Origin: Candidatus Altimarinota bacterium
GTDB taxonomy: Bacteria; Patescibacteriota; Gracilibacteria; UBA1369
Length of the DNA: 64,000 nt
Reading direction: 5' to 3'
Assembly: GCA_963677745.1 (NCBI GenBank)
Contig: OY782391.1
Location: forward strand, 224,001-288,000
Part shown: piece after piece, positions 28,350 to 39,843 of the stretch
Layout: each line of letters opens with the position of its first letter
Position numbering within the stretch: position 1 is the first letter of the stretch
Notes under the pieces: generated by a model
What the model was told of the DNA's origin: nothing
Databases searched by the model: none
What the model saw: only the letters and a program-made list of their open reading frames with translations
Made by a program: the position numbers and the translations under genes

Positions 28350-28966
28350 AGGGTCTTCTTTTCGCAGGATTCTCCGTCTTTTGGACTATTGCAAACACCG
28401 AAAACCTTGCTGTCATTGAATTTCTCCTCCCATTCCCGGGGATTTCCGTAATCGGCAAAATCACCATACCAGCTGTGATAGGCCAGCGGTTTGTGGGCAG
28501 CTTTGATGGGACACCAGTATCTTTCCGTGCGGGCGCCAATCTCCGAGGAATAAGCAAACAGTCCGTTCACATAGCTGCAATAGAGACAGTTGATTTTCTG
28601 TATAATATTCAGATAGCTCAAAAACCGCCTGTCATAGACGATATATTCCCCTCTTTTTACCCGCGGAATATGATAAAGAGGCAGGGCAATCAAATTATAG
28701 ATAGTTACAAACAGATCCAAAATCAGCGCCGGTACTATCATCACATAGATGAAAGGCATGGAAATAAAATGCCGGACATCGGTCGGTACAACATACTTCC
28801 AGGCGGGAATCCGGAATTTTTTATTTCGCTCCCGGAATTCCTTTAAAAAGGTAACGGTTCTTTTTTTAATGGAAAATCCGTACTTTTCGGCCATCCTGGC
28901 GTATTCCCGGCTAAGCGCTTTATTCAGGGCTTCAATCTGTTCCGTAAGCTTTTTGAATTGGGACAT
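28343..28966 (-). CDS. Conserved-looking hypothetical membrane protein
   Basis: DR..L.YLN...K.NC.YC.Y.NG...EI.ARTE.YWCPIK motif. Confidence 0.7.
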   Translation of the reverse strand: MSQFKKLTEQIEALNKALSREYARMAEKYGFSIKKRTVTFLKEFRERNKKFRIPAWKYVVPTDVRHFISMPFIYVMIVPALILDLFVTIYNLIALPLYHIPRVKRGEYIVYDRRFLSYLNIIQKINCLYCSYVNGLFAYSSEIGARTERYWCPIKAAHKPLAYHSWYGDFADYGNPREWEEKFNDSKVFGVCNSPKDGESCEKKTLQ

Positions 28967-29140
28967 AAGTTAAAATTATGCACTTGCACAAACTTCACAC
29001 AGTTAATTCACCTCGGACCTCGATCTAGGTATACATACACTGCCCGCAAATAGATACAGACAAATTCCGGTACAAACTTCCCGAAACCTTAAAAATATTG
29101 TAAACTGTCCCCGTTTGTAGCCGATATCCTCACATTGTTT

Positions 29141-29407
29141 ATGACCAAGCTGGAAGAACTTAAAAAGGAAATAGATCAAATCAAAGCCAGAAATAAAAAA
29201 GTTGAGACCGATAAGGCCTGGGAAACCAGCTCGCTGAGAAAAATCATCGTAGCAATTCTTACCTATATTGTGGTTGTAATTTTCTTTTTTACGGCCGGGC
29301 TGCCGAAACCTTTTATCAATGCCATTGTCCCCTCTATCGCCTTTTTATTATCAACACTGACAGTGCCTCTGTTTAAAAAATGGTACATCAAAAATATCTA
29401 TAAATAA
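29141..29407 (+). CDS. Small membrane protein
   Basis: RN..VE.DKAWETS..R followed by two TM helices. Confidence 0.7.
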   Translation: MTKLEELKKEIDQIKARNKKVETDKAWETSSLRKIIVAILTYIVVVIFFFTAGLPKPFINAIVPSIAFLLSTLTVPLFKKWYIKNIYK

Positions 29408-29408
29408 C

Positions 29409-29876
29409 ATGCGCGACCAACGCTGGGTAGCTGAACATCGCGGCGGACCATTAAAGAAAGAACAGCACCGGCAATTGATCCGCTGGGCCCGGGAGTGCGC
29501 CGAACATATCCTGCCGCTTTTCGGCAAAGTTATCGACGGACGTTTGATCCAGGCATTACAGGTGGCCAAAGACTGGGAAAAAGGGAAGGTTCCCACAGGT
29601 ACAGCCATGAAAGCCGCCGTGGCAGCACATGCGGTGGCCAGAGAATCTTCCGATCCTGTTGCCATGGCCGTAGCGCGCGCGGCAGGACATGCCGTGGCCA
29701 CCGCCCATATGGCCGACCACTCCCTGGGACCGGCACTTTATAGTTTGAAAGCCGTCAAACTGGCCGGCAAATCAGTCGAAGCGGAAAGAAAATGGCAGAA
29801 TGACCGGTTACCGTCAGAAATCAGGGAACTGGTGCTGGCCACAAGAATTATTAAAGAAAAAGCTTTTCATCTATAA
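29409..29876 (+). CDS. Imm5-like helical protein
   Basis: WA.ECAEH.L, AH..AR, ARAAGHAVATAHM..H, ER.WQ..RLP. Confidence 0.75.
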   Translation: MRDQRWVAEHRGGPLKKEQHRQLIRWARECAEHILPLFGKVIDGRLIQALQVAKDWEKGKVPTGTAMKAAVAAHAVARESSDPVAMAVARAAGHAVATAHMADHSLGPALYSLKAVKLAGKSVEAERKWQNDRLPSEIRELVLATRIIKEKAFHL

Positions 29877-29882
29877 TTAAGC

Positions 29883-30251
29883 ATGGAAAAAACCACCCGC
29901 ACAGACCGGAACATAGACAAATACATTGACTCGTTCACTCCCGATGTTCAGAGAATCCTGCAGAAAATAAGGACGATTATAAAAAAATGCGCACCGGACG
30001 CGGAAGAAACCATCAGTTATGGCATTCCGACCTTCAAACTAAGCGAAAACCTGGTTCATTTTGCGGCTTACAAAAAACATATAGGTTTCTATCCGACTTC
30101 ATCAGGCATCCTCGCTTTTAAGAAAGATTTGTCAGTCTATAAACACGCCAGAGGTTCCGTCCAGTTTCCACTCAACTCGCCGATTCCCTATGAACTGATA
30201 AAATCTATCGTAAAATATCGTGTAACTGAGATAAAAGAAAAAAATCTTTAA
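29883..30251 (+). CDS. DUF1801/YdhG-like protein
   Basis: E.ISYG.PTF....LVHFAAYK.HIGFYP, GS.QFPL..P.P. Confidence 0.85.
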   Translation: MEKTTRTDRNIDKYIDSFTPDVQRILQKIRTIIKKCAPDAEETISYGIPTFKLSENLVHFAAYKKHIGFYPTSSGILAFKKDLSVYKHARGSVQFPLNSPIPYELIKSIVKYRVTEIKEKNL

Positions 30252-30263
30252 ACCAGCCGTTTT

Positions 30264-30752
30264 TTATTTCTTCTTTCTTTTGACGTTCTTGTAGCTGTAG
30301 GACTGGATTTCCTCCAAATTGCTTTCGGTTTTGTAACCCAGTGGCAAAGCCTGACTCAGTTTGTCCACCTCATAATTGCCGTGAATATCGGCATTAACCA
30401 GATAAACCTCATCGTTGGCCACCTGGGCAAACAAAGTCAGATATTGCAGACAGGCACCGCAACAGGGAGTCAGTTTACTGTCCACGCAGCAAATAGCACG
30501 GAAATTATAATATCCGTGCGCAACGGCATTATCGATGGCGCAGCGCTCGGCACAGGTACCAAGACCACTGATTACGCTTTCCACATTACATCCGCCAAAA
30601 ATCTGTCCGTCAGAGGTCAGCACACTGGCCCCGATTCGATGCTTGGATCTGTGACAAAAAGCATTCATGCGGGTTTTAGAAGCTACTTCAATCAATTTTT
30701 CCACTTCCTTGTCAGTCAGCCAGGGATTAGATGCCAATAATTTGTTTTTCAT
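30264..30752 (-). CDS. cdd: Cytidine deaminase
   Basis: GA..LT..G..F.GCNVE, CAE..A, CGAC.Q. Confidence 0.8.
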   Translation of the reverse strand: MKNKLLASNPWLTDKEVEKLIEVASKTRMNAFCHRSKHRIGASVLTSDGQIFGGCNVESVISGLGTCAERCAIDNAVAHGYYNFRAICCVDSKLTPCCGACLQYLTLFAQVANDEVYLVNADIHGNYEVDKLSQALPLGYKTESNLEEIQSYSYKNVKRKKK

Positions 30753-30899
30753 ATAATAATTAATTAATCATGATATTATAACACAATCCCCCCTAGCACG
30801 GCAACATACTGCGCCAAATCCAACAGCCATAGACATTAGTTAAAGTTCAGACGATAATTCGAATTGGTAACAATACCAACCCGCAATATCATTAACATC

Positions 30900-31157
30900 A
30901 TGAATCAGACAAAACGACAATGGGACAAGCTGACTGAAGAAAGAAGACAACAAAGCATCAATGAAATCATCACTTTTTTTAAAGAATCCCGTGATGAAAC
31001 CATCGGTGTGATTGCCGCCGAAGATGTTTTGGATTTTTTTCTGCAAACCGTCGCCAAAGATATCTACAACAAAGGTATTGATGATTCAAAAAAACTGCTT
31101 AACGACCGTCTGGCAGACCTGCAGGTCGATCTGGACACTCTGCTGGACAAAAGCTGA
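30900..31157 (+). CDS. DUF2164 family protein
   Basis: I..FF..R.E.IG..AA..LDFF.....IYN.G..D. Confidence 0.75.
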   Translation: MNQTKRQWDKLTEERRQQSINEIITFFKESRDETIGVIAAEDVLDFFLQTVAKDIYNKGIDDSKKLLNDRLADLQVDLDTLLDKS

Positions 31158-31197
31158 ACAAACACCTGTCTCCCCCGGAAAACTAATAAAATAAATT

Positions 31198-31629
31198 ATG
31201 AAAAAAAACAGCCTGCTCACCAAAATTTTGGCTGTTACCGGTACCATGCTGGTCTGGTTACCGGTCCTGGCCCCGATAATTTTCACCCTGATCAGAATTT
31301 CCAGGGGCGGCCCGCTGATGATTGACTGGCTGATGCCGGCCGAACTTTTTCCGGCCGTTCTGTTGGGCGGCGGACTTATTCTGTGGGCCGCCCTGCGTGC
31401 CCATTTACAGGTCAAACTGACCGCCTGGAGTCTGGGACTAGCAATCGGAATGCTGGTCGGGGGGCAGTGTCTGGCCGTGGTCAGCGGACTGGCCTCGGGA
31501 GAAACCGAGGCAGACGGATTATGGTGGGGGCTGGTTCTGACATCATTGCTGATCTATACACTGGCTGTGATTTCCATTGGAATCGGCGGAATTTTATTGA
31601 TTAAAAATTTGTATTCAAAAAAATCATAA
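31198..31629 (+). CDS. Four-TM membrane protein
   Basis: Hydrophobic profile; D.LMPAELFP motif. Confidence 0.7.
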   Translation: MKKNSLLTKILAVTGTMLVWLPVLAPIIFTLIRISRGGPLMIDWLMPAELFPAVLLGGGLILWAALRAHLQVKLTAWSLGLAIGMLVGGQCLAVVSGLASGETEADGLWWGLVLTSLLIYTLAVISIGIGGILLIKNLYSKKS

Positions 31630-31661
31630 AAAATTTTCCGTAAGAAAATTTGAAGCGATCT

Positions 31662-32003
31662 TTATCCCTTCAGCTTCTTCTCAATCTCCCCGTCCAGCCG
31701 ATAAAGTTTCTGGACGCCGTTTTCCAGTAAATAATAATGCCAGACATAGGCCAGCGTCATAATCATCAAAATCGGAGCCAACACCAGCAGCCCCCAACTG
31801 GCCGTAAGCAAAATCCCCAAAGCATTGATAAAAAAGATCATCCCGAAAAACAAAGTAATCAAAAGATGAATCAACCGTTCATGCTGCAAAAACCCGATGC
31901 GCGCCCGGTGCAGCCGCTGCACCGCCTCCCAGTCAGTACCTTTAGGCTGTTTTTCCAGCAGCCGTTCGATTAATTTAATTTGTTCCCGCAGATATTTATC
32001 CAT
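31662..32003 (-). CDS. Small membrane protein
   Basis: QHERLIHL..T, HYY.LENGVQ.LY. Confidence 0.7.
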   Translation of the reverse strand: MDKYLREQIKLIERLLEKQPKGTDWEAVQRLHRARIGFLQHERLIHLLITLFFGMIFFINALGILLTASWGLLVLAPILMIMTLAYVWHYYLLENGVQKLYRLDGEIEKKLKG

Positions 32004-32177
32004 TACATTTTTGTTTTATATTTATCTGTATTGTGCACGTTTTTGGCTTACTTGCCAAGCCCCCCGCTCAACTGTTAATCCGGCCGCACCAATTGCGGCA
32101 ATAACCATCAAAAAACAATGATGGTAAAATTTCTGAATTTTGCTATAATTCCCGCGCAACTTTTTAATCCAATTCAC

Positions 32178-32576
32178 ATGAAAGGATTTCATTCCAATAT
32201 TGAAAAAGACACCCTGGAAAATAACAATTTCCGCAAAGTGCTCTATTCCGCCAAACATTGCCAGCTGGTGCTGATGAGCCTGCAGCCCAACGAGGAAATC
32301 GGCATGGAAACTCATACCGACAATGACCAGTTTTTCCGCTTTGAAAAGGGCCAGGGGAAAGTGATCATCGACGGCAATGAATACGCCGTAACCGACGGTT
32401 CGGCCATTATCGTCCCCTCCGGCGCCCAACATAACGTCATCAACACCTCGTCCACCGACGCCCTGAAAATGTATACAATCTATTCCCCTGCCCATCACAA
32501 GGACGGTATTGTACGCGCCACCAAGGCGGAAGCCGAATCCCAGGAGGCCGAGTTCGACGGCGTAACCACAGAATAA
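32178..32576 (+). CDS. Cupin domain protein
   Basis: QLVLMSL..EEIG.E.H..DQFFR.E.G, P.G..HNV.N. Confidence 0.88.
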   Translation: MKGFHSNIEKDTLENNNFRKVLYSAKHCQLVLMSLQPNEEIGMETHTDNDQFFRFEKGQGKVIIDGNEYAVTDGSAIIVPSGAQHNVINTSSTDALKMYTIYSPAHHKDGIVRATKAEAESQEAEFDGVTTE

Positions 32577-32587
32577 CTCTAAACAAC

Positions 32588-32899
32588 ATGCAATTATCAA
32601 ACAGTTCGGAATTTGATTCCGAAGCCACTTTACGGGCTATAAATACAGCGCTCCTCGATCATATTGCCATGCTCAACCAGAATGACATCGCTGATTTTCG
32701 GGCGCAACTTTCTCCCGAAAAACAAAACTCTTTTGACAACGAGGATGACATTGAACAAGTCCGTCTGGTTGCCCTGAGCAAGTTGACCTCCGGAGACCGT
32801 GAAACACTTCATCAGATTCTCTCGGAAAATAATTTACCCATGCTGCACCTGCACAATCTGGTCGAAACAATCAAGATCTTTAACGGTCTGTTAAACTGA
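32588..32899 (+). CDS. Hypothetical protein
   Basis: 103-aa ORF directly after the cupin gene. Confidence 0.5.
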   Translation: MQLSNSSEFDSEATLRAINTALLDHIAMLNQNDIADFRAQLSPEKQNSFDNEDDIEQVRLVALSKLTSGDRETLHQILSENNLPMLHLHNLVETIKIFNGLLN

Positions 32900-33805
32900 G
32901 CCCTTGACCAACAGATAAGTGAGATAAATCAGATTGCTTACCTCTCCCCGCAAAATTGACCGGGCAGGATGGAAATATCCGGATTTTTCCTCTATCAGAT
33001 TGTTGAAATAAGCAACCTGGATATACGGCGCATACCAGGCATTGACGTCGGTATCGGTAAAATAATTTTTATCCGCCTTCAACCCCACTGTCATATCCAA
33101 TGAATTAAGCACAATTTTCAGGGCTTCCACCCGGGAAACCGGATATTCGGGCCGGAAATTACCATCAGGATATCCCTGAACTATTCCCATCTCCCTGGCA
33201 TAACAAACATAAGGCGTATACCAGACTCCGGCCTTAATGTCCTGAAAACAGGGCTGGTCATATTGGGCCTTCATCGAGTTAAAATCAAAAGTCGGATTAC
33301 TCTTGCTGTAAGTCAGCGACATGATCTTGACCAGTTCGGCGCGGTTAAGTGTGCCGTCCGGCTTGAAACTGCCGTCGGGATAACCCGAAATTATTCCGTT
33401 CGTGTCCATCCAGCGCACAGCCGTTTCATATTGGTGACCGGCAACATCATAAAGCCTTTCTTTGGGAACTGTCGGCAGGGGTGTTTCTGCCGTGGAAAAC
33501 GGCTTACTGGTGGCGGCGATAAGCCACTGTCCCACCCATCCTTCCGTACCGTTGCCCCGGCGAATCTTATAATACCCGTCAGTCTCGGCAATCACCTTGA
33601 CCACCTCCCCCACCGGCAAAGTTGTCATAACCACTGATGTGTCCATACAAGGGATGTCGCGCAATCTCGCTCCGGTGGTAACTTCGGCATTCCAGTCACG
33701 GTCATAGATGGGATCCTGAAGACAATCCTCCGCCCCCGCCAGACCGGGAAGACTTAAAATAATCAGTAGACCTGTCATAGCGCACAATAATAATTTTTTG
33801 AGCAT
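32891..33805 (-). CDS. Secreted SH3 + SLH domain protein
   Basis: Signal peptide; SH3-like (GYYKI....EGWV); GYPDG.F.P....RAE repeats. Confidence 0.85.
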   Translation of the reverse strand: MLKKLLLCAMTGLLIILSLPGLAGAEDCLQDPIYDRDWNAEVTTGARLRDIPCMDTSVVMTTLPVGEVVKVIAETDGYYKIRRGNGTEGWVGQWLIAATSKPFSTAETPLPTVPKERLYDVAGHQYETAVRWMDTNGIISGYPDGSFKPDGTLNRAELVKIMSLTYSKSNPTFDFNSMKAQYDQPCFQDIKAGVWYTPYVCYAREMGIVQGYPDGNFRPEYPVSRVEALKIVLNSLDMTVGLKADKNYFTDTDVNAWYAPYIQVAYFNNLIEEKSGYFHPARSILRGEVSNLIYLTYLLVKGSV

Positions 33806-33869
33806 AATTTTATGAGTTAACCAGATAATTTATCATCACGTACTGACGCCGGGAACGGTAAATGAAAAT

Positions 33870-35798
33870 TTATCCGTTCCAGCCGGCGAGCCGCGCCATC
33901 ATCCACCAGAAGGCCCGGCCTTTGAGATTACAGTTGAGAGGCTGGGAGTGGGCGCAGACATTGGTGGCACAAAGTGGCGAGCCGGAATTGGTCGAACACC
34001 AGTTCTGAGCCCAGTTACCCCCGTCATAATCATTATTGTCGGTGGCATTCAGATTAAGAAAATAACTTCCTGCCGGGTTGTAACTCTCGATATCGGCAAA
34101 ATCAAAAAGCACTTTGTTGTAATCCGAGGCAAATTTTCTGATGGTCTGATTGTTTTGATTCAATTGCCCCGCCTCCCCGCTCCCGTCCAGATGTCCGGTC
34201 ATATAAACAAAGGTCACCTTGGGAAAATCCTGTTCCAGTTGATCCATTTTCTGCAGATAATCATTCACTTCCGCCGTGGACATCGAGGAAAGCTGGCCGC
34301 ACCAGGACCACATCACCATATTTATTCCATTGGTATTGTTGTTGAGCAGATTTCTGGTCTGAGTTTCCCAATCTCCTCCCAGATCACCCGACAAGAAACT
34401 TTCATTCAGATACAAAGCCCCTCCACTGCCATCGGAACTGTAAGAATATAACGGTTCCTGTCCCTCCAGTACTTCCATTCCCGTCACCAGCTGGCTGCCG
34501 TGGGAAGTGTGACCGTAGGCAATTTTGAAAACAGATTTTGCGGCATTCACATAATCATCGGAAACGATTACCAGGTTGGTAGTGGCATGGTTGACCAATA
34601 AAGGGACAGTCCGTGAGGCAGTGCCTTTCACTTCCGGTAAATCAACCGTTAAACCACCGTCTGCTGGCACAACCGGCTCCGTACCGGCATTTCCGGAAGT
34701 TCCGATCTGGGGAACTTCGCCTTCCAGTGGAGCGGTAAAATGATCTCTGGCGTTGCAGATCAATTTAGCGGCCTGTGCACGAGTCAGTAAATTGTTCGGA
34801 CCAAAGACGGTTTCACTGTATCCGTTGACAAGTTCTTTATGATAAGCCATGGCAACCACAGTCTTTTGCCAGTCTGTCCAGACATCCCTAAAAGGAACTC
34901 CTTCCCAGGCCATCAATGGCAGATGGAGAGCTTTTACCAGAATCGCCGCGCCCTCGGCCCTGGTAATATTCCTGGACGGACGATAAGTATTATCGGAGTA
35001 ACCGCTAACAATTCCACCGGATTTGGCACCGCAGATAAAAGAGGCGTACCAGGCATTCCCGCCAACATCGGCAAAACAATATTTACCGTCATTAACGGAA
35101 CTGTCCGGATAATAAGTTTTCATTACCATCTTCAAAAATTCGGCACGGTTAATGGAACTGTCCGGCCGGAAATGAATCCCCTCTCCGGAAACCACAATCT
35201 GATCCGCAGCCAGTCCGGTCAGACAATCTGCGGCAAAATTTTCCCGGGCCACATCCTCAAATCCTTCCACCGGATCATCCACTTCACCCGCCTCCACGTT
35301 ATCCGGAGTCACAACTTCCGGTATCACTTCCGGCTGGCTCACCACATTATTAATTACTTCAGCTCCCGCAGCATCAACCTTCACCACGGTACGGGAACAG
35401 TATCTTTTGGGAGAAGCAACCTGACAAACACGATAATAATTCGTCCCCGCAGGCACCGAATCATCGGTATACGACAGAACATCGACATTTCCTTCGTAGT
35501 AGATATAGCCGTTATCGGGATAAACCGGATTGGAATTGTCCTGGGATCTGACCAGTTTATAAAAGGAAAATGATTCCGGATGCGTATATTTGCTCCAGCC
35601 GGTTTTTACCGAACCGTCATTTTGAAGAACAGCGCTAAAACTGATGCTGTCATCATAAATTACCGGATCGTAACCGGAAGATTCCGAGGTTCCGGTAGCC
35701 ATAACAGTGCCGTTTACCGCAGAAAATCCGAAAACAATACCGGCCAAAACCATCAAAACGGCCATCCCGGAAAATTTGGATAAAAACTTTCTTTCCAT
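33870..35798 (-). CDS. Secreted SLH-domain protein with C-terminal putative hydrolase domain
   Basis: Signal peptide; three SLH-like repeats (FRPD..INRAE, GYSD.TYRP..ITRAE, TRAQAAK); GHTSHGSQ domain. Confidence 0.8.
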   Translation of the reverse strand: MERKFLSKFSGMAVLMVLAGIVFGFSAVNGTVMATGTSESSGYDPVIYDDSISFSAVLQNDGSVKTGWSKYTHPESFSFYKLVRSQDNSNPVYPDNGYIYYEGNVDVLSYTDDSVPAGTNYYRVCQVASPKRYCSRTVVKVDAAGAEVINNVVSQPEVIPEVVTPDNVEAGEVDDPVEGFEDVARENFAADCLTGLAADQIVVSGEGIHFRPDSSINRAEFLKMVMKTYYPDSSVNDGKYCFADVGGNAWYASFICGAKSGGIVSGYSDNTYRPSRNITRAEGAAILVKALHLPLMAWEGVPFRDVWTDWQKTVVAMAYHKELVNGYSETVFGPNNLLTRAQAAKLICNARDHFTAPLEGEVPQIGTSGNAGTEPVVPADGGLTVDLPEVKGTASRTVPLLVNHATTNLVIVSDDYVNAAKSVFKIAYGHTSHGSQLVTGMEVLEGQEPLYSYSSDGSGGALYLNESFLSGDLGGDWETQTRNLLNNNTNGINMVMWSWCGQLSSMSTAEVNDYLQKMDQLEQDFPKVTFVYMTGHLDGSGEAGQLNQNNQTIRKFASDYNKVLFDFADIESYNPAGSYFLNLNATDNNDYDGGNWAQNWCSTNSGSPLCATNVCAHSQPLNCNLKGRAFWWMMARLAGWNG

Positions 35799-35865
35799 AT
35801 ATAAAATCTATAAAATACTGCCACCAATAATACCCTTTCAGCCCTTCCCCCACAAGTTTTTGAAC

Positions 35866-36375
35866 ATGACCAAACCCCAAAAAATCATCATTAACGACCG
35901 GATGCAGAAAGGATACTATTATCTTACCGAACCCACCGGCAAAAACTTTGATCCGGAATTTAAACCAGAATTGACTCCCGGCCAAATGCTGGAACTGGGA
36001 GTGTTCGGTGGGAAATATCTGACCGACTGCCGCGCGGAATTCCCGACCTCCTGGTTTAAAAACGCCAAACTTTCCCCGGAAAAGAAAAATCCCCAATTGA
36101 ATTTTTTTGGAGTAGACGCCTCACTGTCCTTGCGCGAATGGCTGAAAAAAGACTGGATTCATCCGGCCGATCCGCGGGGCTGGTTTCAGTGGTATTGCCG
36201 CTATTATCTTGGCCGCCGTCTGCCCGAAGAAGACCTCCGTCAAATCAAACGCTGGAAAGCCATTCAGAGACACCGGGCGGCTATTATCAAAAATTGTGTT
36301 CCAGGCGATCTGTCCTGCCGCCGCAAACAGAGACAGGCTTTATTGCACTGGGCTTATGATTCCAGAAAAATCTGA
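35866..36375 (+). CDS. Conserved-looking hypothetical protein
   Basis: LTP.QML.LGVFGG.Y, DPRGWFQWYCRYY.GRR, QRQALLHWAYD. Confidence 0.8.
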   Translation: MTKPQKIIINDRMQKGYYYLTEPTGKNFDPEFKPELTPGQMLELGVFGGKYLTDCRAEFPTSWFKNAKLSPEKKNPQLNFFGVDASLSLREWLKKDWIHPADPRGWFQWYCRYYLGRRLPEEDLRQIKRWKAIQRHRAAIIKNCVPGDLSCRRKQRQALLHWAYDSRKI

Positions 36376-36410
36376 ACAATTCCGCCCTTCTTAAAAACAA
36401 AAAACATCTT

Positions 36411-36782
36411 ATGAATAATACCCTAAAAGACCGGGAAACCGGCCCAAAACCAAACCATCCCGCACCACCCGACCGCATCACCCTCCCCAGTTTCCAATCA
36501 CCGCTTTATCCGCCCAGCACCCGCCCCGACAAAGAAGTGGAACGAATCGCCGTAGTGACTGCTTCGGAAGTTCAAAATAATTCCGGAGCGGAAGAAATTA
36601 CAACCAGTTATTCATTGATCGGTTCGGAACAGGAGCCGGAATTGGACATCAATGAATTCATCACCTCCAGTTTTAAACTTCACCGGCATCTGCACAAAGG
36701 ACTGACCAGAATGAATCCGGCGGAAAAAACGGAAGTCTGTCATTTATTAAGGCAGATACTGAAATATCTGGAAAATAAATAA
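36411..36782 (+). CDS. Hypothetical protein
   Basis: ORF ends at a terminator. Confidence 0.5.
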   Translation: MNNTLKDRETGPKPNHPAPPDRITLPSFQSPLYPPSTRPDKEVERIAVVTASEVQNNSGAEEITTSYSLIGSEQEPELDINEFITSSFKLHRHLHKGLTRMNPAEKTEVCHLLRQILKYLENK

Positions 36783-36785
36783 ATA

Positions 36786-36814
36786 AAAAGGAGGCCTGAC
36801 GGCCTCCTTTTTTT
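36786..36814. terminator. Bidirectional intrinsic terminator
   Basis: AAAAGGAGGCC-TGAC-GGCCTCCTTTT between convergent genes. Confidence 0.85.
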
Positions 36815-36827
36815 GTTCCTGACAAAT

Positions 36828-38516
<1,689 letters not shown>

Positions 38517-38569
38517 TTATATTAAATATTAATTGATTAAAAAATTACGCCGGAAAGATCAGTCCGGAT

Positions 38570-38875
38570 TTAGCCGATAACTGCCAGAATGCTGCTCTGG
38601 CGGATAATATAGTAATCTTCACCGTCGATTTTCACTTCATCGGCTGCATACTTTGATACCAGCACCTGATCGCCCACTTTAACGTCCATTGGCAACCTGT
38701 TACCTTTCTTGCTCATCAAACCGGGACCGATTGCCAAAACCTCGGCCTTTTGGGGACGGTCCTTGGAGGCGGTCTCGGGAATGATAATACCGGAAACCGT
38801 AGTCTTCATTTCACTGATCCCCTTCAAAAGGACCCGGTCTTCCAGCGGTTTAATCTTTTTCAGAATGTCATTCAT
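38570..38875 (-). CDS. groS: Co-chaperonin GroES
   Basis: KPLEDRVL, SGIIIP.TA, VKVGD.V. Confidence 0.96.
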   Translation of the reverse strand: MNDILKKIKPLEDRVLLKGISEMKTTVSGIIIPETASKDRPQKAEVLAIGPGLMSKKGNRLPMDVKVGDQVLVSKYAADEVKIDGEDYYIIRQSSILAVIG

Positions 38876-38914
38876 ACCATTTTTGGTTAATGATAAATAA
38901 TTTGCCCAAATAAT

Positions 38915-38941
38915 TTAGCACATACTTATCCGGAGTGCTAA
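38915..38941. promoter_or_regulatory. CIRCE (HrcA operator)
   Basis: TTAGCACAT-N9-GAGTGCTAA versus consensus TTAGCACTC-N9-GAGTGCTAA, 40 nt upstream of groS. Confidence 0.88.
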
Positions 38942-38981
38942 TAAAATTTATATTTTTGCCCTCCCTCAGTCAAGAAAAACT

Positions 38982-39842
38982 TCAGCTTTTCTTTTTAGTC
39001 ATTTCAAAAACCTTTTTGCCGACCATCATGGCCAAAGCCCCACCCGGAACCAGATTCTGGGCAATCTCTTTGGAAAACTCATATAGATCGTCGCTGGTAA
39101 AATTCTTTTTGAGGGTATCGCTGATTTTGGCAGCTTTCAGATTAATCTCGGTGGTCACGCCGTCAAAAGACACCGTAGCCTTTTTATTCTTCAGTTTCCA
39201 GAAATACTCAAAGGTATAAATAGGATAAAAGTACAGACTCAATTCATGCACGGTAATATCCTCAAACAGAATCTGATCGGCCTTGATCGGCTTGACCAGA
39301 GAACCCAGCACCGTCCGCACCAGCGTGTTGGCCCTGGTCTCCAGATGAACAACGGGAGTTCCGTCTTTGATCAATTCCTCCGTAGAGGCGATCGGACTGC
39401 TTGGCGAAAGCAGATATTTGGAAAAATTTCCGGGCTGGTCGGTATTGGCATCGATCATCAATTCCTCCCGGTATTTTTCGCGGCAATGTTCCACGGCTTC
39501 CAGCTGAAAATTACCCGTATCCCGATTGACCTTAAAATCCTTTCCCAATACCTCCACATCCTCCACTTCCGCACTGACTGGAACCTGATAGCGGTGATTG
39601 CGTTTGTATTCAAAATGGGAAGTTCCCACTACATGCCAGAAAGCTTCGTAACGTTTCTCTTCATAAATCACCTCAATGTCCGCCGGATTGGGTTTGGCCA
39701 GTATATTAAAAAGTGAATCGAAAGCCCTGGTCTTGTGATCAACAGACAATAAACGGGCTTTATCCCAGCCCAGGACATCGTCCAGAAGCAACAGTTTTTC
39801 GCTTTCCACCCTGATCTTATTGAATTCGGAAGACTCGGACAT
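38982..39842 (-). CDS. Hypothetical protein coupled to rny
   Basis: 286-aa ORF starting 1 nt after the rny stop. Confidence 0.7.
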   Translation of the reverse strand: MSESSEFNKIRVESEKLLLLDDVLGWDKARLLSVDHKTRAFDSLFNILAKPNPADIEVIYEEKRYEAFWHVVGTSHFEYKRNHRYQVPVSAEVEDVEVLGKDFKVNRDTGNFQLEAVEHCREKYREELMIDANTDQPGNFSKYLLSPSSPIASTEELIKDGTPVVHLETRANTLVRTVLGSLVKPIKADQILFEDITVHELSLYFYPIYTFEYFWKLKNKKATVSFDGVTTEINLKAAKISDTLKKNFTSDDLYEFSKEIAQNLVPGGALAMMVGKKVFEMTKKKS

Positions 39843-39843
39843 G

